From the NCBI GenBank assembly GCA_038110525.1, contig JAYNJV010000006.1, forward strand, positions 444 to 64,443: a stretch of DNA of 64,000 bases. Reading direction: 5' to 3'. A program made the position numbers and the translations under genes. The DNA comes from Candidatus Poseidoniales archaeon. Lineage in GTDB: Archaea; Thermoplasmatota; Poseidoniia; Poseidoniales; Poseidoniaceae. Of this stretch, positions 16,300 to 26,533 are shown one piece after another. The number at the start of each line of letters is the position of its first letter. The first letter of the stretch is position 1. The notes under the pieces are model-generated. The model did no database searches. It was given only the letters and a program-made list of their open reading frames with translations, and was not told the origin of the DNA.

Positions 16300-18675
16300 T
16301 CATTCGTCGGTCTCTGCTTCGCCGGTTGAACCATTCGATGAGCCAGAGGATGAACCTCCTGCATCAGATGAATCGGAGGTCGCGGTTTCACCATCAGAGG
16401 AGGCTTCCTTGTCGTCTTCTTCATAATAATCACAGCAGTAATAGTAAGGGTTCTCTAATTCAAACACAACTCGGTCAGACTCTTCAAGGGTGGTGAGATT
16501 GGTGACCGTGACCCCACCTGAAGATATAGCGTAGATGTAATCGCCCATGAAAATGGACCTTCGTATGCTGAAATCATTCCACCAATAGCGGTTGTCGCCA
16601 CGGTCATACAGGTCAGAGTTGTTGATTTCGCCGTACAAACTGAGTTCGCCCGAAGTTTCGTTGACTTCGATGAGGACGAGTTTTGATACCCATTCATAAT
16701 TCCAAAAATAGTTACCATTTTCATTGTATCCAGAATGGTAACGGTAGGTCGAGAGAGGAATGCTGAGCAAATCTTTTGGCCCCCAATATTGGAATGCTTT
16801 GTGCTCATAGGTTGCTTCGGACCAAGACCAAGCCCATCCTCGTTCGTTTGGATCTTGAACTGGAGATACTCGAAGGACATCGTCACGGGTTGGTGCCGTT
16901 GGGTCGTTGACGTCGAACAAAGAAATTTGAGTCGATGACCAGTCAAGCCCTGTTCCGTCTTCGTTTGCAGGGCCGAGTCCAATGGTCAAAAGGTGCCCTT
17001 CTTCGAGTGGGTGGATGTAGGTTGAAACTCCTGGGACTTCGAGTTCACCAAGGATTTGTGGTTGGGTGACATCGGAGAGGTCAATCACCCAAAGTGGGTC
17101 GATTTGCTCAAAGGTCACGATGTATGCTGTATCTCCGACAAAGCGAGCACTCCAAATGCGTTCACCCTCGGCAATACCACCTACTTTTCCAACTTCAACG
17201 AGAACTTGTTGGTTGGTTTCGAGGTCAATTGACCGTGTTAAGGTCACGACTTGGGAGGACATCGGTTCGGGGTTGTCAAGCCACCATCGGCCCCATTGAC
17301 CAGTGGTTGTTGCCACTCGAAGGATACCTTCGTATTCTGAAATCGAGAACTGGTTGAGGATGGTTCCGTCAACTCGGCCAGACCCTGTGTAGACTGTTTC
17401 TCCAGGTGCGCTGATGTCGAAGGTGTGAATGTTGGTCATTTCAGTGAGGTTTTGGTTCATCCAAAATCGCCACCAGTCGAACGAGTTTTCAGTCAGCACC
17501 AAAACATCGCTTGAAGCATACACTTGTGGATAGTTGCCAATGATGTGGTCGACTTCAAAGCCAACTTGTTCTGAGGCAAGGTCGATGGAGAAGATGCTCG
17601 AAATACCACGGTTGAGTCCATCGGCTGGTGCAGCGAAGTTCGCACAGTCTTCAGCTTCGAGCATTGAATGTTCAATCAGGGTCGTGCCTTGCATTTCGTA
17701 GACTTTTGATGTGAGGTCCTCAAGGGTGAGGTTTGCAAGAACGGCTTCGTTGGCCTGCATTGTTCTGTACGCTACTTCTTCTCGGATGGCTCGGCGAATT
17801 GGGTTATCGTAATCGATTTGCCAGTAGCCATCTGGAAGGTTGAGCCAGGTTTGTAATCCCGGTACATCCATCCATGCGTGTGAAACCATTCGAACAGTTC
17901 CAGCGACTTCTCTTGCTGTCAAATACCAACCTTCGATGTACAATTCTTGGGAGGTTTCGGGTGCTTCTCGGTCGGTCATATCAATGACGGTCATCTTGGT
18001 GAGGGTGGAGGTTCGCCAACCGTAGTAGCCATCATCCCAAGCCATTGCTTCATACAATGGACTGGTGTTTGGAATGGACCAAGGGTTGACCGATGAGAGA
18101 ACGACCAATCGGTCGCCGTCGAGCATCATGGCTTGTGGCGTACCTTCAATCTCCATGGTCGAAGCATTCTCAATTTCACCAAATTCTGGGACACCGAGAA
18201 TGTGCAATGTTTGTCCCTGGAGCAAGTAAATATGGTAACCATCGGTCTTGACGAAGTCGGCTTCATCAACGCCTTCTTCTTGGTTATTGGTGCCTGAGAA
18301 GTCTTCTCCTTCGGTTCTGGGGGCCGAACTTTTGGCGTTGTTTGCAGCACCTGCGGTGTCACCATCAGCGGCCATTTCTGCATCTTCGAGTACCATATCA
18401 TCGCCCCAATAGTAGTAATATTGTTCCTCAACAGCCTGGAGAAGTTGTGTTCGTGCTTCCTCTCGAAGCGATTGCTTGAGGGAGTTTTCAAGTGCTTCGC
18501 AGGTCGGATAGGAAACCAAGGTCGGTGAAGTCGGACTGTAGGATGGTGTCGAGTTCCATTCGTCGGGTAATTCGATTGGTGTTTCGTCTGGATTTTTGAT
18601 AAGTTCATTGGAGATGCACCCCGAAAGGAGCATACTCAAACATAGAGCGAGGGCCACGAGTTTACTTCGTACCAT
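16300..18675 (-). CDS. Secreted beta-propeller domain lipoprotein (Beta_propel family)
   Basis: Lipobox LSGC; family motifs SGTNNQEEGVDEADFVKTDG, LNQFSISEYEGILRVATT, ERIWSARFVGDTAYIVTFEQIDPLWVIDLS, GELEVPGVSTYIHP. Confidence 0.88.
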   Translation of the reverse strand: MVRSKLVALALCLSMLLSGCISNELIKNPDETPIELPDEWNSTPSYSPTSPTLVSYPTCEALENSLKQSLREEARTQLLQAVEEQYYYYWGDDMVLEDAEMAADGDTAGAANNAKSSAPRTEGEDFSGTNNQEEGVDEADFVKTDGYHIYLLQGQTLHILGVPEFGEIENASTMEIEGTPQAMMLDGDRLVVLSSVNPWSIPNTSPLYEAMAWDDGYYGWRTSTLTKMTVIDMTDREAPETSQELYIEGWYLTAREVAGTVRMVSHAWMDVPGLQTWLNLPDGYWQIDYDNPIRRAIREEVAYRTMQANEAVLANLTLEDLTSKVYEMQGTTLIEHSMLEAEDCANFAAPADGLNRGISSIFSIDLASEQVGFEVDHIIGNYPQVYASSDVLVLTENSFDWWRFWMNQNLTEMTNIHTFDISAPGETVYTGSGRVDGTILNQFSISEYEGILRVATTTGQWGRWWLDNPEPMSSQVVTLTRSIDLETNQQVLVEVGKVGGIAEGERIWSARFVGDTAYIVTFEQIDPLWVIDLSDVTQPQILGELEVPGVSTYIHPLEEGHLLTIGLGPANEDGTGLDWSSTQISLFDVNDPTAPTRDDVLRVSPVQDPNERGWAWSWSEATYEHKAFQYWGPKDLLSIPLSTYRYHSGYNENGNYFWNYEWVSKLVLIEVNETSGELSLYGEINNSDLYDRGDNRYWWNDFSIRRSIFMGDYIYAISSGGVTVTNLTTLEESDRVVFELENPYYYCCDYYEEDDKEASSDGETATSDSSDAGGSSSGSSNGSTGEAETDE

Positions 18676-18730
18676 GATGATGCTTACAAGCCTACTTCAT
18701 ATTAAGCAGTTGGTAATTTGATTTTACACT

Positions 18731-19603
18731 TCAAGCACTTTCTTGCAGTGTTCGACTCACATGAAGTTGGTCAATTCCTTGTTTCGAGACTTTCCATAAT
18801 CTCTTCTTCCCCTCGGTTTTTTCGATCAGTTGATTGGCTTTGAGTTCGTGAATGTGGTGATTGAGCAGTTGTCTTGAGATTGCAAGCCTCTCCCTAATTT
18901 CCTTCGTATCGATGCCGAGTTGTCCTTTCTCAGCAAGCACCTCCAAAATGGCAAGACGTGTTCCTGAAAGTGGATTTTGAATGGCTAACCTCTCTTGCTT
19001 TGGAATGAATGTCGAAGCATACCGGCGGTGTTTTCCACTCTTCCAAGAGAATATTTTGCCATCCCTCTCAAGATTATTGGTATGGTACGCCGTCACACCA
19101 TTCGCAAGACCAAGTCCATCCCGTAATGCTGTGAAATGGATGCCAGCATTTGCTTCGATGTAACCAAGGATTCGCCCTTTGGTGAGTTCGTCCTCACGAT
19201 GCTCTTTGCGACTTGCTACCATCGGGGCAACGAGCGCAATCAGTAAGACAACTTTCATGAATTCAAAAAACAAACCCGAGAGCAAAAAAAATCCAAGTCC
19301 ACCAAGACCACCAGCGACTAAAATCGATGGTGTAGGAGAGGAGGAATCCTCGGATTCTGGTGTGCCATCTTCATCGGGAGCAGTTCCGACTTTTGATTCA
19401 GCAAATTCTGCACCGTCCGAATCCGAAGAATCTGCGGATTCATCTTCTGTACTCGCATCTTGCAGGGGACCGAATTCTTCTTCTTGGTTCGAAGTGCCGT
19501 CACTTGATTCGGACGAAGTATCGAACATCATGGTTCCATAGACTGTGGCGACCACAAAACAGAGGAGGAGAATTCGGGTAAGCCATACGCCCCTCATGGT
19601 CAT
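18731..19603 (-). CDS. Membrane-anchored winged-helix transcriptional regulator (two wHTH domains)
   Basis: N-terminal hydrophobic segment, acidic linker, TM segment, then KGRILGYIEANAGIHFTALRDGLGLANGVTAYH and a second wHTH (ISRQLLNHHIHEL). Confidence 0.8.
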   Translation of the reverse strand: MTMRGVWLTRILLLCFVVATVYGTMMFDTSSESSDGTSNQEEEFGPLQDASTEDESADSSDSDGAEFAESKVGTAPDEDGTPESEDSSSPTPSILVAGGLGGLGFFLLSGLFFEFMKVVLLIALVAPMVASRKEHREDELTKGRILGYIEANAGIHFTALRDGLGLANGVTAYHTNNLERDGKIFSWKSGKHRRYASTFIPKQERLAIQNPLSGTRLAILEVLAEKGQLGIDTKEIRERLAISRQLLNHHIHELKANQLIEKTEGKKRLWKVSKQGIDQLHVSRTLQESA

Positions 19604-19650
19604 CGCATGGGGGTATCAAATATCATAGCCGTGGTAAAATGCTTTGACAC

Positions 19651-20349
19651 TTAGATGGGTAACATACCTTGCGTGTAGGCGTAGCCCGCTACGCCACCAA
19701 GAAGCACGAGAAGGACGAGGATGAGTTTGCCTTTGCCCTTCTTTTTGTTCGACTTCGATGGCTTCGATTGAGGAACGGATACGGTCAGTTCATTTGCGTT
19801 TGGCATTGGTAAGGGAAGACCTGGAAGTGGGAGCCCGGGCAAAGGAAGGCCTGGTAGCGGAAGTGGTGCTGCCATTGGGCCTGTGTCCGCTTCGATTTTG
19901 ATACGTTCTCCAGGATACAACTCATCGAGGTCTTCAAGTCCTGGTGCTTCTGGCACATCTCCAAGCACTTCATCCCAAACCGCATCGAGTGCTTCTGCGG
20001 TCACGGGCTTCTCAAGAAGGGCGACCGCTCCTGCTGAATACGCTGCATCTCTTGCAACATCGAGCATTCGCTTCGGAGCAACAAAAATGATGCGCTGGTC
20101 GCCTCCGTGTTCCCTCATTTCAAGAGCGGCGATATGGCCATCAAGCGAGGGCAAATCAAGGGCCATCACCACGAGTTCGGGGTCAATTCGGATGTACTCA
20201 TCGACGGCTTGGTCGCCATCTTCACAGATTTCGATGTTGAAATTTTTGACTTTGAACACCGATTTCAGCCGATTGAGGCTCATTGGATTGTTGTCGACAA
20301 TGAGCACGGTGGGTGCTGATTGATCGTTTGTATCCGAGACCAGTCCCAT
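19651..20349 (-). CDS. Atypical response-regulator receiver domain protein with C-terminal membrane anchor
   Basis: VLIVDNN...DGDQAV...PELVVMALDLPSLDG...AGAVALLEKP receiver fold; PLPGL repeats; C-terminal TM LILVLLVLLGGVAGYAY. Confidence 0.8.
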   Translation of the reverse strand: MGLVSDTNDQSAPTVLIVDNNPMSLNRLKSVFKVKNFNIEICEDGDQAVDEYIRIDPELVVMALDLPSLDGHIAALEMREHGGDQRIIFVAPKRMLDVARDAAYSAGAVALLEKPVTAEALDAVWDEVLGDVPEAPGLEDLDELYPGERIKIEADTGPMAAPLPLPGLPLPGLPLPGLPLPMPNANELTVSVPQSKPSKSNKKKGKGKLILVLLVLLGGVAGYAYTQGMLPI

Positions 20350-20392
20350 AGCCCTCGCCCTTCCGTTCAACTAATAGCACATCAAACAACCG

Positions 20393-20764
20393 CTACTCTT
20401 CTTCATCAGTTGGTGATTTTGAAATGGTTTCAGCTGGGGCGTTTTGAGGTGAGGCAAATGTTTCACGAATCAATTCAGACTGCGCTTCATCTTCTTCGAT
20501 TTGTCGTTGTCGTTTTGGAGCCTGCGTAAATTGAAGTTGCAATTCGCTGATGATGGAACGCAACAAATGAGCTTCTTTTTCACCGATTGACTCTTTGGTT
20601 TTGCTTTGCAGCATTCGTATCATTTCGATGGCTTCACGTGCTTCGCCTAAATTGAAATGGATCTGTTTATTTTGGTCAGGCAGTAAGCCAAGATGGAGTA
20701 ATGCTGAACGCTGAAACATGTAGATAAGTGAAAAAAATCGTTCGTCTTCTTCTGAACTAAACAT
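20393..20764 (-). CDS. DUF1844-like protein
   Basis: FFSLIYMFQRSALLHLG...LGEAREAIEMIRMLQSKTK....E..LL..IISELQLQF resembles the DUF1844 pattern. Confidence 0.7.
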   Translation of the reverse strand: MFSSEEDERFFSLIYMFQRSALLHLGLLPDQNKQIHFNLGEAREAIEMIRMLQSKTKESIGEKEAHLLRSIISELQLQFTQAPKRQRQIEEDEAQSELIRETFASPQNAPAETISKSPTDEEE

Positions 20765-20778
20765 ATCATACCCCCGCT

Positions 20779-22212
20779 CTATTCAAACAACTGGTCAAGC
20801 AACCATGTGGGGTCAAACTGCTTGAGGTCGTCGTAATTTTGGCCTATGCCTGCAAACACGATTGGTCGACCTGTCGCAAATGCGATGGACAGCCCAGCCC
20901 CACCTTTGGCGTCAGTATCCATTTTTGTCAGAACTGCTCCATCAAATTTGAGTAAACTTTGGAACATCATCGCTTGTTCAACGGCATCATTTCCCGCAAG
21001 GGAGTCCCCAACGAAGAGTGTGAGGTGAGGGTTGGCGACCCTGCGAACTTTCTCAAGTTCGTTCATGAGGTTGGTTTTGTTTTGCATTCGCCCTGCAGTA
21101 TCCACGAGAACCACATCGATGCCCCGTGCTTTTGCAGAGTCGATGGCGTCACGTGCAATCGCCGCTGAATCTCCGCCTCGTTGACTTGAGATGCAACGAA
21201 TGCCGAGTCGCTCACAGTGGGTTTCGAGTTGCTGAATGGCTCCTGCTCGGAAGGTGTCACCTGCAGCTGCGATGACGGAATGCCCTTGTTGTTGAAGTCG
21301 GTGAGCCACTTTTGCGGCAGTCGTCGTTTTCCCCGTTCCATTGACACCAACGAACATGATGACCACGGGCAGGTCGCCTTTGTCGATAAACGATTGAACA
21401 GTGGCATCAAAATCCCAATATCCAGCAGCGAGAAGTGAATGAAGAGCACGCTTGAGAGCAGCCTCAAGAACTTTTGACAAGTCTGCTCCTTTCCTCAGGC
21501 GCATACCGATGAGTTGGTCTCGTAGACCATCGAGAATGAAGTGGACTGCGGTGTTTGAGACATCGGATTCGAGTAAAATCCATTCGAGTTCTTCAAGCAG
21601 ATTTTCAAGAGCCGCTCCCGCTTTGATGACTTTACCTCCTTCACTGACAATACCTCCACCGAGGTCGATGTCAACGCTCACGCCCTTGTCCGTGGTCAGC
21701 GTAGTTTTCGTGCCAGAACCTTTTGGAGCTTGTTGAATTTCAACGAGTTGTCGTCCTGTGGCTGTTCGCATCATCGAAAGGTCGACCCGGCTGCCTTTAG
21801 GTCTTGAAACCTCAGTAGCATGGCGTTTTTTCATTTCCCTATCGCGTTGTTTTGCAGCCTTTTTTTGCTCTTTCTGGTGTTTAGAAAGCATCTTTTGTTC
21901 TTTCTTGGATAGCATCATCGCCGTGGGTTGAGGTGTAGGAGGTTCATCGTCATCATCTTCCCAATCATCCCAATCCTCTTCGTCGGGTGTTGAAGGGGGT
22001 TCTTCGATTTCGTCCCATTCCTCTTCGTCGTCATCATCGTGGTCTTGAGCCTCTTCGTGTTCCACGTGTTGCTCGAGGTCAGAGGCAACTTCCATTGCGG
22101 CTTGAAGTGCTTCTTGCCCTTCTTGGCTCTCTTCTGCAGCGAGCATTTCATCCTCGTTGATTTCATTCGCTGCCTCGCGAACCCGTGAACGGAATTTATC
22201 GAAAAGCCCCAT
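20779..22212 (-). CDS. ftsY: Signal recognition particle receptor FtsY
   Basis: Acidic N-domain; LLESDV; GVNGTGKTTT; DTFRAGAIQQL; DTAGRMQ; TKMDTDAKGG. Confidence 0.97.
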   Translation of the reverse strand: MGLFDKFRSRVREAANEINEDEMLAAEESQEGQEALQAAMEVASDLEQHVEHEEAQDHDDDDEEEWDEIEEPPSTPDEEDWDDWEDDDDEPPTPQPTAMMLSKKEQKMLSKHQKEQKKAAKQRDREMKKRHATEVSRPKGSRVDLSMMRTATGRQLVEIQQAPKGSGTKTTLTTDKGVSVDIDLGGGIVSEGGKVIKAGAALENLLEELEWILLESDVSNTAVHFILDGLRDQLIGMRLRKGADLSKVLEAALKRALHSLLAAGYWDFDATVQSFIDKGDLPVVIMFVGVNGTGKTTTAAKVAHRLQQQGHSVIAAAGDTFRAGAIQQLETHCERLGIRCISSQRGGDSAAIARDAIDSAKARGIDVVLVDTAGRMQNKTNLMNELEKVRRVANPHLTLFVGDSLAGNDAVEQAMMFQSLLKFDGAVLTKMDTDAKGGAGLSIAFATGRPIVFAGIGQNYDDLKQFDPTWLLDQLFE

Positions 22213-22220
22213 CGTATCAC

Positions 22221-22790
22221 CTAATCGTCAAGGGTAAGTTCATTTCGAAACAGGCTGCCTCGCTTTTTCTTCGGCGAACTGGTTGATTCATCCACATCCT
22301 CGTCGGCTTCCTTTTGCTCTATACTTTGTTTAGGTAGCTTTCGAAATGTTGAATCTTCACCTTGTTCTGATTTGAACTGTTCTGCAGTCGTGTTGAACAG
22401 GGTAGCAACTTCGCCAAGTTTTTGCTCAATTTGCTGGCCTTGTGAGTGGAGTTCATTGCGTAATTCATTGATCTCAACTTTTCTTTTTTGGGTGATTGCA
22501 CGTGCGTCTTCGAGGTTTTTTTCACCGTAAATGCCACTTCCAATATCCACGAGCGTAACAGGTAAATCGTCGGGGTCAATTTCAATCTTCAAACACACGC
22601 CCGACCCAATCGGTACATGGCTCACTGCCTTTTTGGTGGTTGACATATAAGCCTCCAAAATGCCATCGGTGACGTCGTGTTCTTCGAGAATGCCGTCGAT
22701 TTGTTGAACCCTATTTTGAATCTCATCGAATTGCTGTCGGAGGGCTTCCACTTCCCTCGCAAGACGTTGCAATTCTTCTCTATCGACCAT
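22221..22790 (-). CDS. pfdA: Prefoldin subunit alpha
   Basis: Coiled coil - VPIGSG...LVDIGSGIYGEK - coiled coil; conserved archaeal rpl18a-pfdA-ftsY order. Confidence 0.85.
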   Translation of the reverse strand: MVDREELQRLAREVEALRQQFDEIQNRVQQIDGILEEHDVTDGILEAYMSTTKKAVSHVPIGSGVCLKIEIDPDDLPVTLVDIGSGIYGEKNLEDARAITQKRKVEINELRNELHSQGQQIEQKLGEVATLFNTTAEQFKSEQGEDSTFRKLPKQSIEQKEADEDVDESTSSPKKKRGSLFRNELTLDD

Positions 22791-22969
22791 CGCGACCGAC
22801 CCTGCCTCGTGCTCCCCCTTGATGAATGCGGCGTTTTGATTATCTGTGCGAGGTGGTTCCAATCCGAATCGTTTCGATGGTTATCGTTTCGTATAAATGG
22901 GTGGTCTGAAACTCGTTTCGTTCAGGCCAAATCAAGCAAATTTGCCTTTAGGCAATGTATTTTGCTGGA

Positions 22970-23239
22970 TTATTCTTCTTCAGCGTCTTGAATGAGTCCA
23001 CCTTGTGCGGTGATTTGTTCTCGAAAGTGGTTGAGAACATGTGGTTCTTTGCTTGTTCTCGGGTCAATTTCTGATACGCTGCTCAACTCGATTTTACGTC
23101 GTGGAGCACGGTGGCGTGAACCGAGAGTGGAATATACTCGGCCTCGAGCGTCGTCTTCATTTTCAGCGACGACGTCGAATGTGAATCCTTGTCGCATCTT
23201 TCCAAATGGTGCAATTCCTTGAACGCGAAATGCCTTCAT
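22970..23239 (-). CDS. rpl18a: 50S ribosomal protein L18Ae (LX/eL20)
   Basis: MKAFRVQG...F..DV.A.NE..A...VYSTLGSRH...RRKI; synteny with pfdA and ftsY. Confidence 0.9.
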   Translation of the reverse strand: MKAFRVQGIAPFGKMRQGFTFDVVAENEDDARGRVYSTLGSRHRAPRRKIELSSVSEIDPRTSKEPHVLNHFREQITAQGGLIQDAEEE

Positions 23240-23338
23240 GTTTTGCCGCGACTTTGCTTTTCTCTTTAAATTGAATGGTGATTTCAATGACGCCAATCAA
23301 AGCACAATTTAGAAGCAAAGGACTGTTTCACCGTGTGT

Positions 23339-26300
23339 ATGGGGAAGGTAGGCATCATTTGTTTTCTGCTCATCGCTTCCCTTGGGCAAGGTCTTGATGT
23401 AGGTATTGAAGAGATGCTTGCACCTGAACATGGAGAGTTTTTCATCCGTGCCCACAATGACGTTTGGACCTACGAAGAATGGTCGACCCTTTCTTCGTTT
23501 GATATCACTGCTTTGCGTAGTGTAACGCAGTCTGAACTTCTCGTCTTTGGTCAACAAGATGTCATCGAAAAAGCGGGTTACGCACCTTTGCTCGCCCCTC
23601 CTGCTGATTTCAAGGGCGACCTTACCCTTTGGATTGAAGGTGAGGCATCAACTCTTCGAGTGGTGTTTGAGCCTCGGCTACCAAGTGAAGTCAAGACGGG
23701 TATTGTCAATCACATCATCAAAGAAGCCGGTCATGTTTCGTTCCAAACGGTCGCTTATCCGACATCCATTGATATCCAGTCCGAACGACTCTTGTTTTCG
23801 CCCGAATATGTCCTCTCAATTCCAGGCATCCTTTGGATTGAACCAGTCATGCGAACTGAAGGAAGAAATGCTGTTGCGTCATCATTGCTCCAACACGGGC
23901 ACACCACAGAAACACCTGCGTGGGATTTCGGGTTAAACGGTGAATCTGTCATCATCGGGCTTGCCGATAGTGGTATCGACTTCGACCACGCTTGTTTTCG
24001 ACAATACGGCTCGGCGGCTGAATCGAATGAAACATCAGAATTTTCAAACAACACTGCTGTAGGCGTGTTCTCTTCAACACATCGAAAGATTGTGTTGTAC
24101 AACAACTCGATTGATGGCTACGATTCGAGTGGCCACCTCGATTACCGTCACGGCACGCATGTCGCAGGTACGCTTGCTTGCTATGATGTCTTTCACAATC
24201 AACATATGAGTCCTCCAAGCAACGGTAGTTCGCTTGCTTACGCCAGTAAAATTGTGTTTCAAGATGTCGTATCAAGTGAAGGTTGGGTCATCCCGGATGT
24301 TGAAGATTTACTGTTTGAAGCCAACCAACATGGTGCCATGATCCACTCCGATTCGTGGGGTGATGACACGACAGAATATACGGCAAGGACAGCGATGTTC
24401 GATGCTTACGCACGACAAGTTCCTTGGTCCCTTTCCTTTATCGCTCCTGGAAACAACGGAGGGGATGTGCTTGAGCCTGCCAATGGCCGTAATGTTGCTT
24501 CCATTGGAGCCTCGGTCAAGTCTTCGACCCAAGAAGTGTGGACGGGTTCTGCACGTGGACCACTTGAGGATGGACGAGATGGGATCTTTGTTCTCGCTCC
24601 TGGTTCAAACATCATTTCAGCCAAGGGGGACGGGGATGATACGACCAATAACGCAGACCTACGTCCTTCTTCAGGCACGAGTATGTCCACCCCTGCGGCA
24701 GCAGGCACCGCTGCGATCATCCAGCAAATGTATGAACAGGGTTGGATTTCAAACACCATCGACAGGTCAAATTTTGTTCTCGTCGATGACCTACAGGCTC
24801 CTTGGGTGAGTATCCCCTCAAATGCAAGTTCGGGCGTATATCTTTCCGACGGATTCACACCTTCAGGAACGCTACTACGGGCCACTCTTGCCCTCTCGAC
24901 AACACCCTACGATGTTGCCCTTCGAAACGGGGGCGTGGGCTCAGGATTGCTACACAACCCTGTCGAGGGATGGGGCGTGCTCAACTTGAGTGCACTGGTC
25001 GATTTCCAAGACCTCCGACTCCAACTTGAAACAGGAAATGCGACTCCAGCATACAACATTTGGTTCCATGATAGTTTCCAACTTGAATCGTCTACGCCAG
25101 CAGAGTGGATGGCGAGTGTTGATGAGCCAATGTCACACGCTTGGAACGGTTCAGGAGCAATCGGTCCTTTCCTTGAAACGGGGCAACGATTCTCGTCGCG
25201 CCTTATCCCAATTGAACACCAAGATGTTCAGATTCGACTTGCATTTCCTTCAAAGCCGGAGCCTGAGATAGCTGACGATTTACTTCTTGTGGCCCATTTA
25301 TCGGACGGAACCACCGTCGTACGGGATATGGTCGACTTGAGTGGAATGCCAATTCTTTACGATTCAAACGTGGTGAACCTTTCGAATCAAAGTCTGCTAC
25401 CAAACACAAACGAAACAACGCAGGGCCTATTCATTCCAGCCTCAATGCTCGAAAATATCACCCATATCGATGTGGAAATACTTGCTCGTTATGTTGCACC
25501 AGGAAACGATGAATTAGGTGTTGGTATCGATGGTAATCGAATCGGGTTTTCCATCGTTGCATCAGGCGTTTTACCCCATGAAGACAACGATGGTGATGGT
25601 GTTCAGAACATCGATGATGCGTGTCCAGAAACCACACTCGGTGAGGTTGTTGACGGAAAAGGGTGCAGTGAAAGTCAGAATGACGATGATAACGATGGGG
25701 TTGCGAATCTTTTTGACCTCTGCAATGAAGAAGATGCAACAGGATTTGACCAAAACTTCGATGGTTGTATCGATGACTCGGATGACGATGGTTTTCTAGA
25801 CCCCGAGGATGCTTGTCCATTTGAAGAGACATTTGGATGGAAAGTTGATGGATTCGGGTGTATTCCTGTGGACCAACCTCCTCTTCTTCTGTTTGAAGGT
25901 GTTGAAAATTTAACCGAACTGTGGCGGGGAACCATTTCACTACAGTGGAATGTATCGGATTTTGAAAACGATTCTTATGAGACGGGAGCGATCATCCACT
26001 CGGTTGAGAATCCAAACTTCGTTATTTCAGCCTGTTTTTTCTCGAACAATATCACCGCTTCATACATTTGCAAGTGGAACAACCCTGACGACCTGCCCCC
26101 GTATTCTTTGCAAGACATGACGTTTAACTTGCGAATCTATGCTCAGACGCACAACAACTCACCTTTCGCAAGTACGCAATACATCGATTATTTGTACCCA
26201 CAAAACTTCTCCGTGTATTGGGAAAATCCCCTTGAAGAGCCGAATGATTCAACAAGAGACCAACAAGGTGTTTCGCAACGAATTTGGATGTGGAGTCTGT

Positions 26301-26452
26301 TTGGTATTGCCGTAGGATTTGCGGTCGCTTTCCAACTTTCAAAACGCCTTCAAGACGAGGATAATGAAGGAGGGGTTTTAGACCCATTTACTCAAAATTT
26401 GAGAGTTGAGCCTGAAAATCATCAAAAGCGTGCACTGCATGAAGATGAGTGA
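23339..26452 (+). CDS. Secreted S8 (subtilisin-like) serine peptidase with TSP3-like repeats and C-terminal TM anchor
   Basis: Catalytic triad motifs ADSGID, HGTHVAGT, GTSMSTP; oxyanion PGNNG; DxDxDG...DAC repeats; C-terminal TM. Confidence 0.92.
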   Translation: MGKVGIICFLLIASLGQGLDVGIEEMLAPEHGEFFIRAHNDVWTYEEWSTLSSFDITALRSVTQSELLVFGQQDVIEKAGYAPLLAPPADFKGDLTLWIEGEASTLRVVFEPRLPSEVKTGIVNHIIKEAGHVSFQTVAYPTSIDIQSERLLFSPEYVLSIPGILWIEPVMRTEGRNAVASSLLQHGHTTETPAWDFGLNGESVIIGLADSGIDFDHACFRQYGSAAESNETSEFSNNTAVGVFSSTHRKIVLYNNSIDGYDSSGHLDYRHGTHVAGTLACYDVFHNQHMSPPSNGSSLAYASKIVFQDVVSSEGWVIPDVEDLLFEANQHGAMIHSDSWGDDTTEYTARTAMFDAYARQVPWSLSFIAPGNNGGDVLEPANGRNVASIGASVKSSTQEVWTGSARGPLEDGRDGIFVLAPGSNIISAKGDGDDTTNNADLRPSSGTSMSTPAAAGTAAIIQQMYEQGWISNTIDRSNFVLVDDLQAPWVSIPSNASSGVYLSDGFTPSGTLLRATLALSTTPYDVALRNGGVGSGLLHNPVEGWGVLNLSALVDFQDLRLQLETGNATPAYNIWFHDSFQLESSTPAEWMASVDEPMSHAWNGSGAIGPFLETGQRFSSRLIPIEHQDVQIRLAFPSKPEPEIADDLLLVAHLSDGTTVVRDMVDLSGMPILYDSNVVNLSNQSLLPNTNETTQGLFIPASMLENITHIDVEILARYVAPGNDELGVGIDGNRIGFSIVASGVLPHEDNDGDGVQNIDDACPETTLGEVVDGKGCSESQNDDDNDGVANLFDLCNEEDATGFDQNFDGCIDDSDDDGFLDPEDACPFEETFGWKVDGFGCIPVDQPPLLLFEGVENLTELWRGTISLQWNVSDFENDSYETGAIIHSVENPNFVISACFFSNNITASYICKWNNPDDLPPYSLQDMTFNLRIYAQTHNNSPFASTQYIDYLYPQNFSVYWENPLEEPNDSTRDQQGVSQRIWMWSLFGIAVGFAVAFQLSKRLQDEDNEGGVLDPFTQNLRVEPENHQKRALHEDE

Positions 26453-26533
26453 TTTTTTGAGCCTATTTTTCAAGGTGAAACTTGAAAATAAATGAGGTTG
26501 TCGCGTACACATTAGCAACCATAGGTGAAAAGC

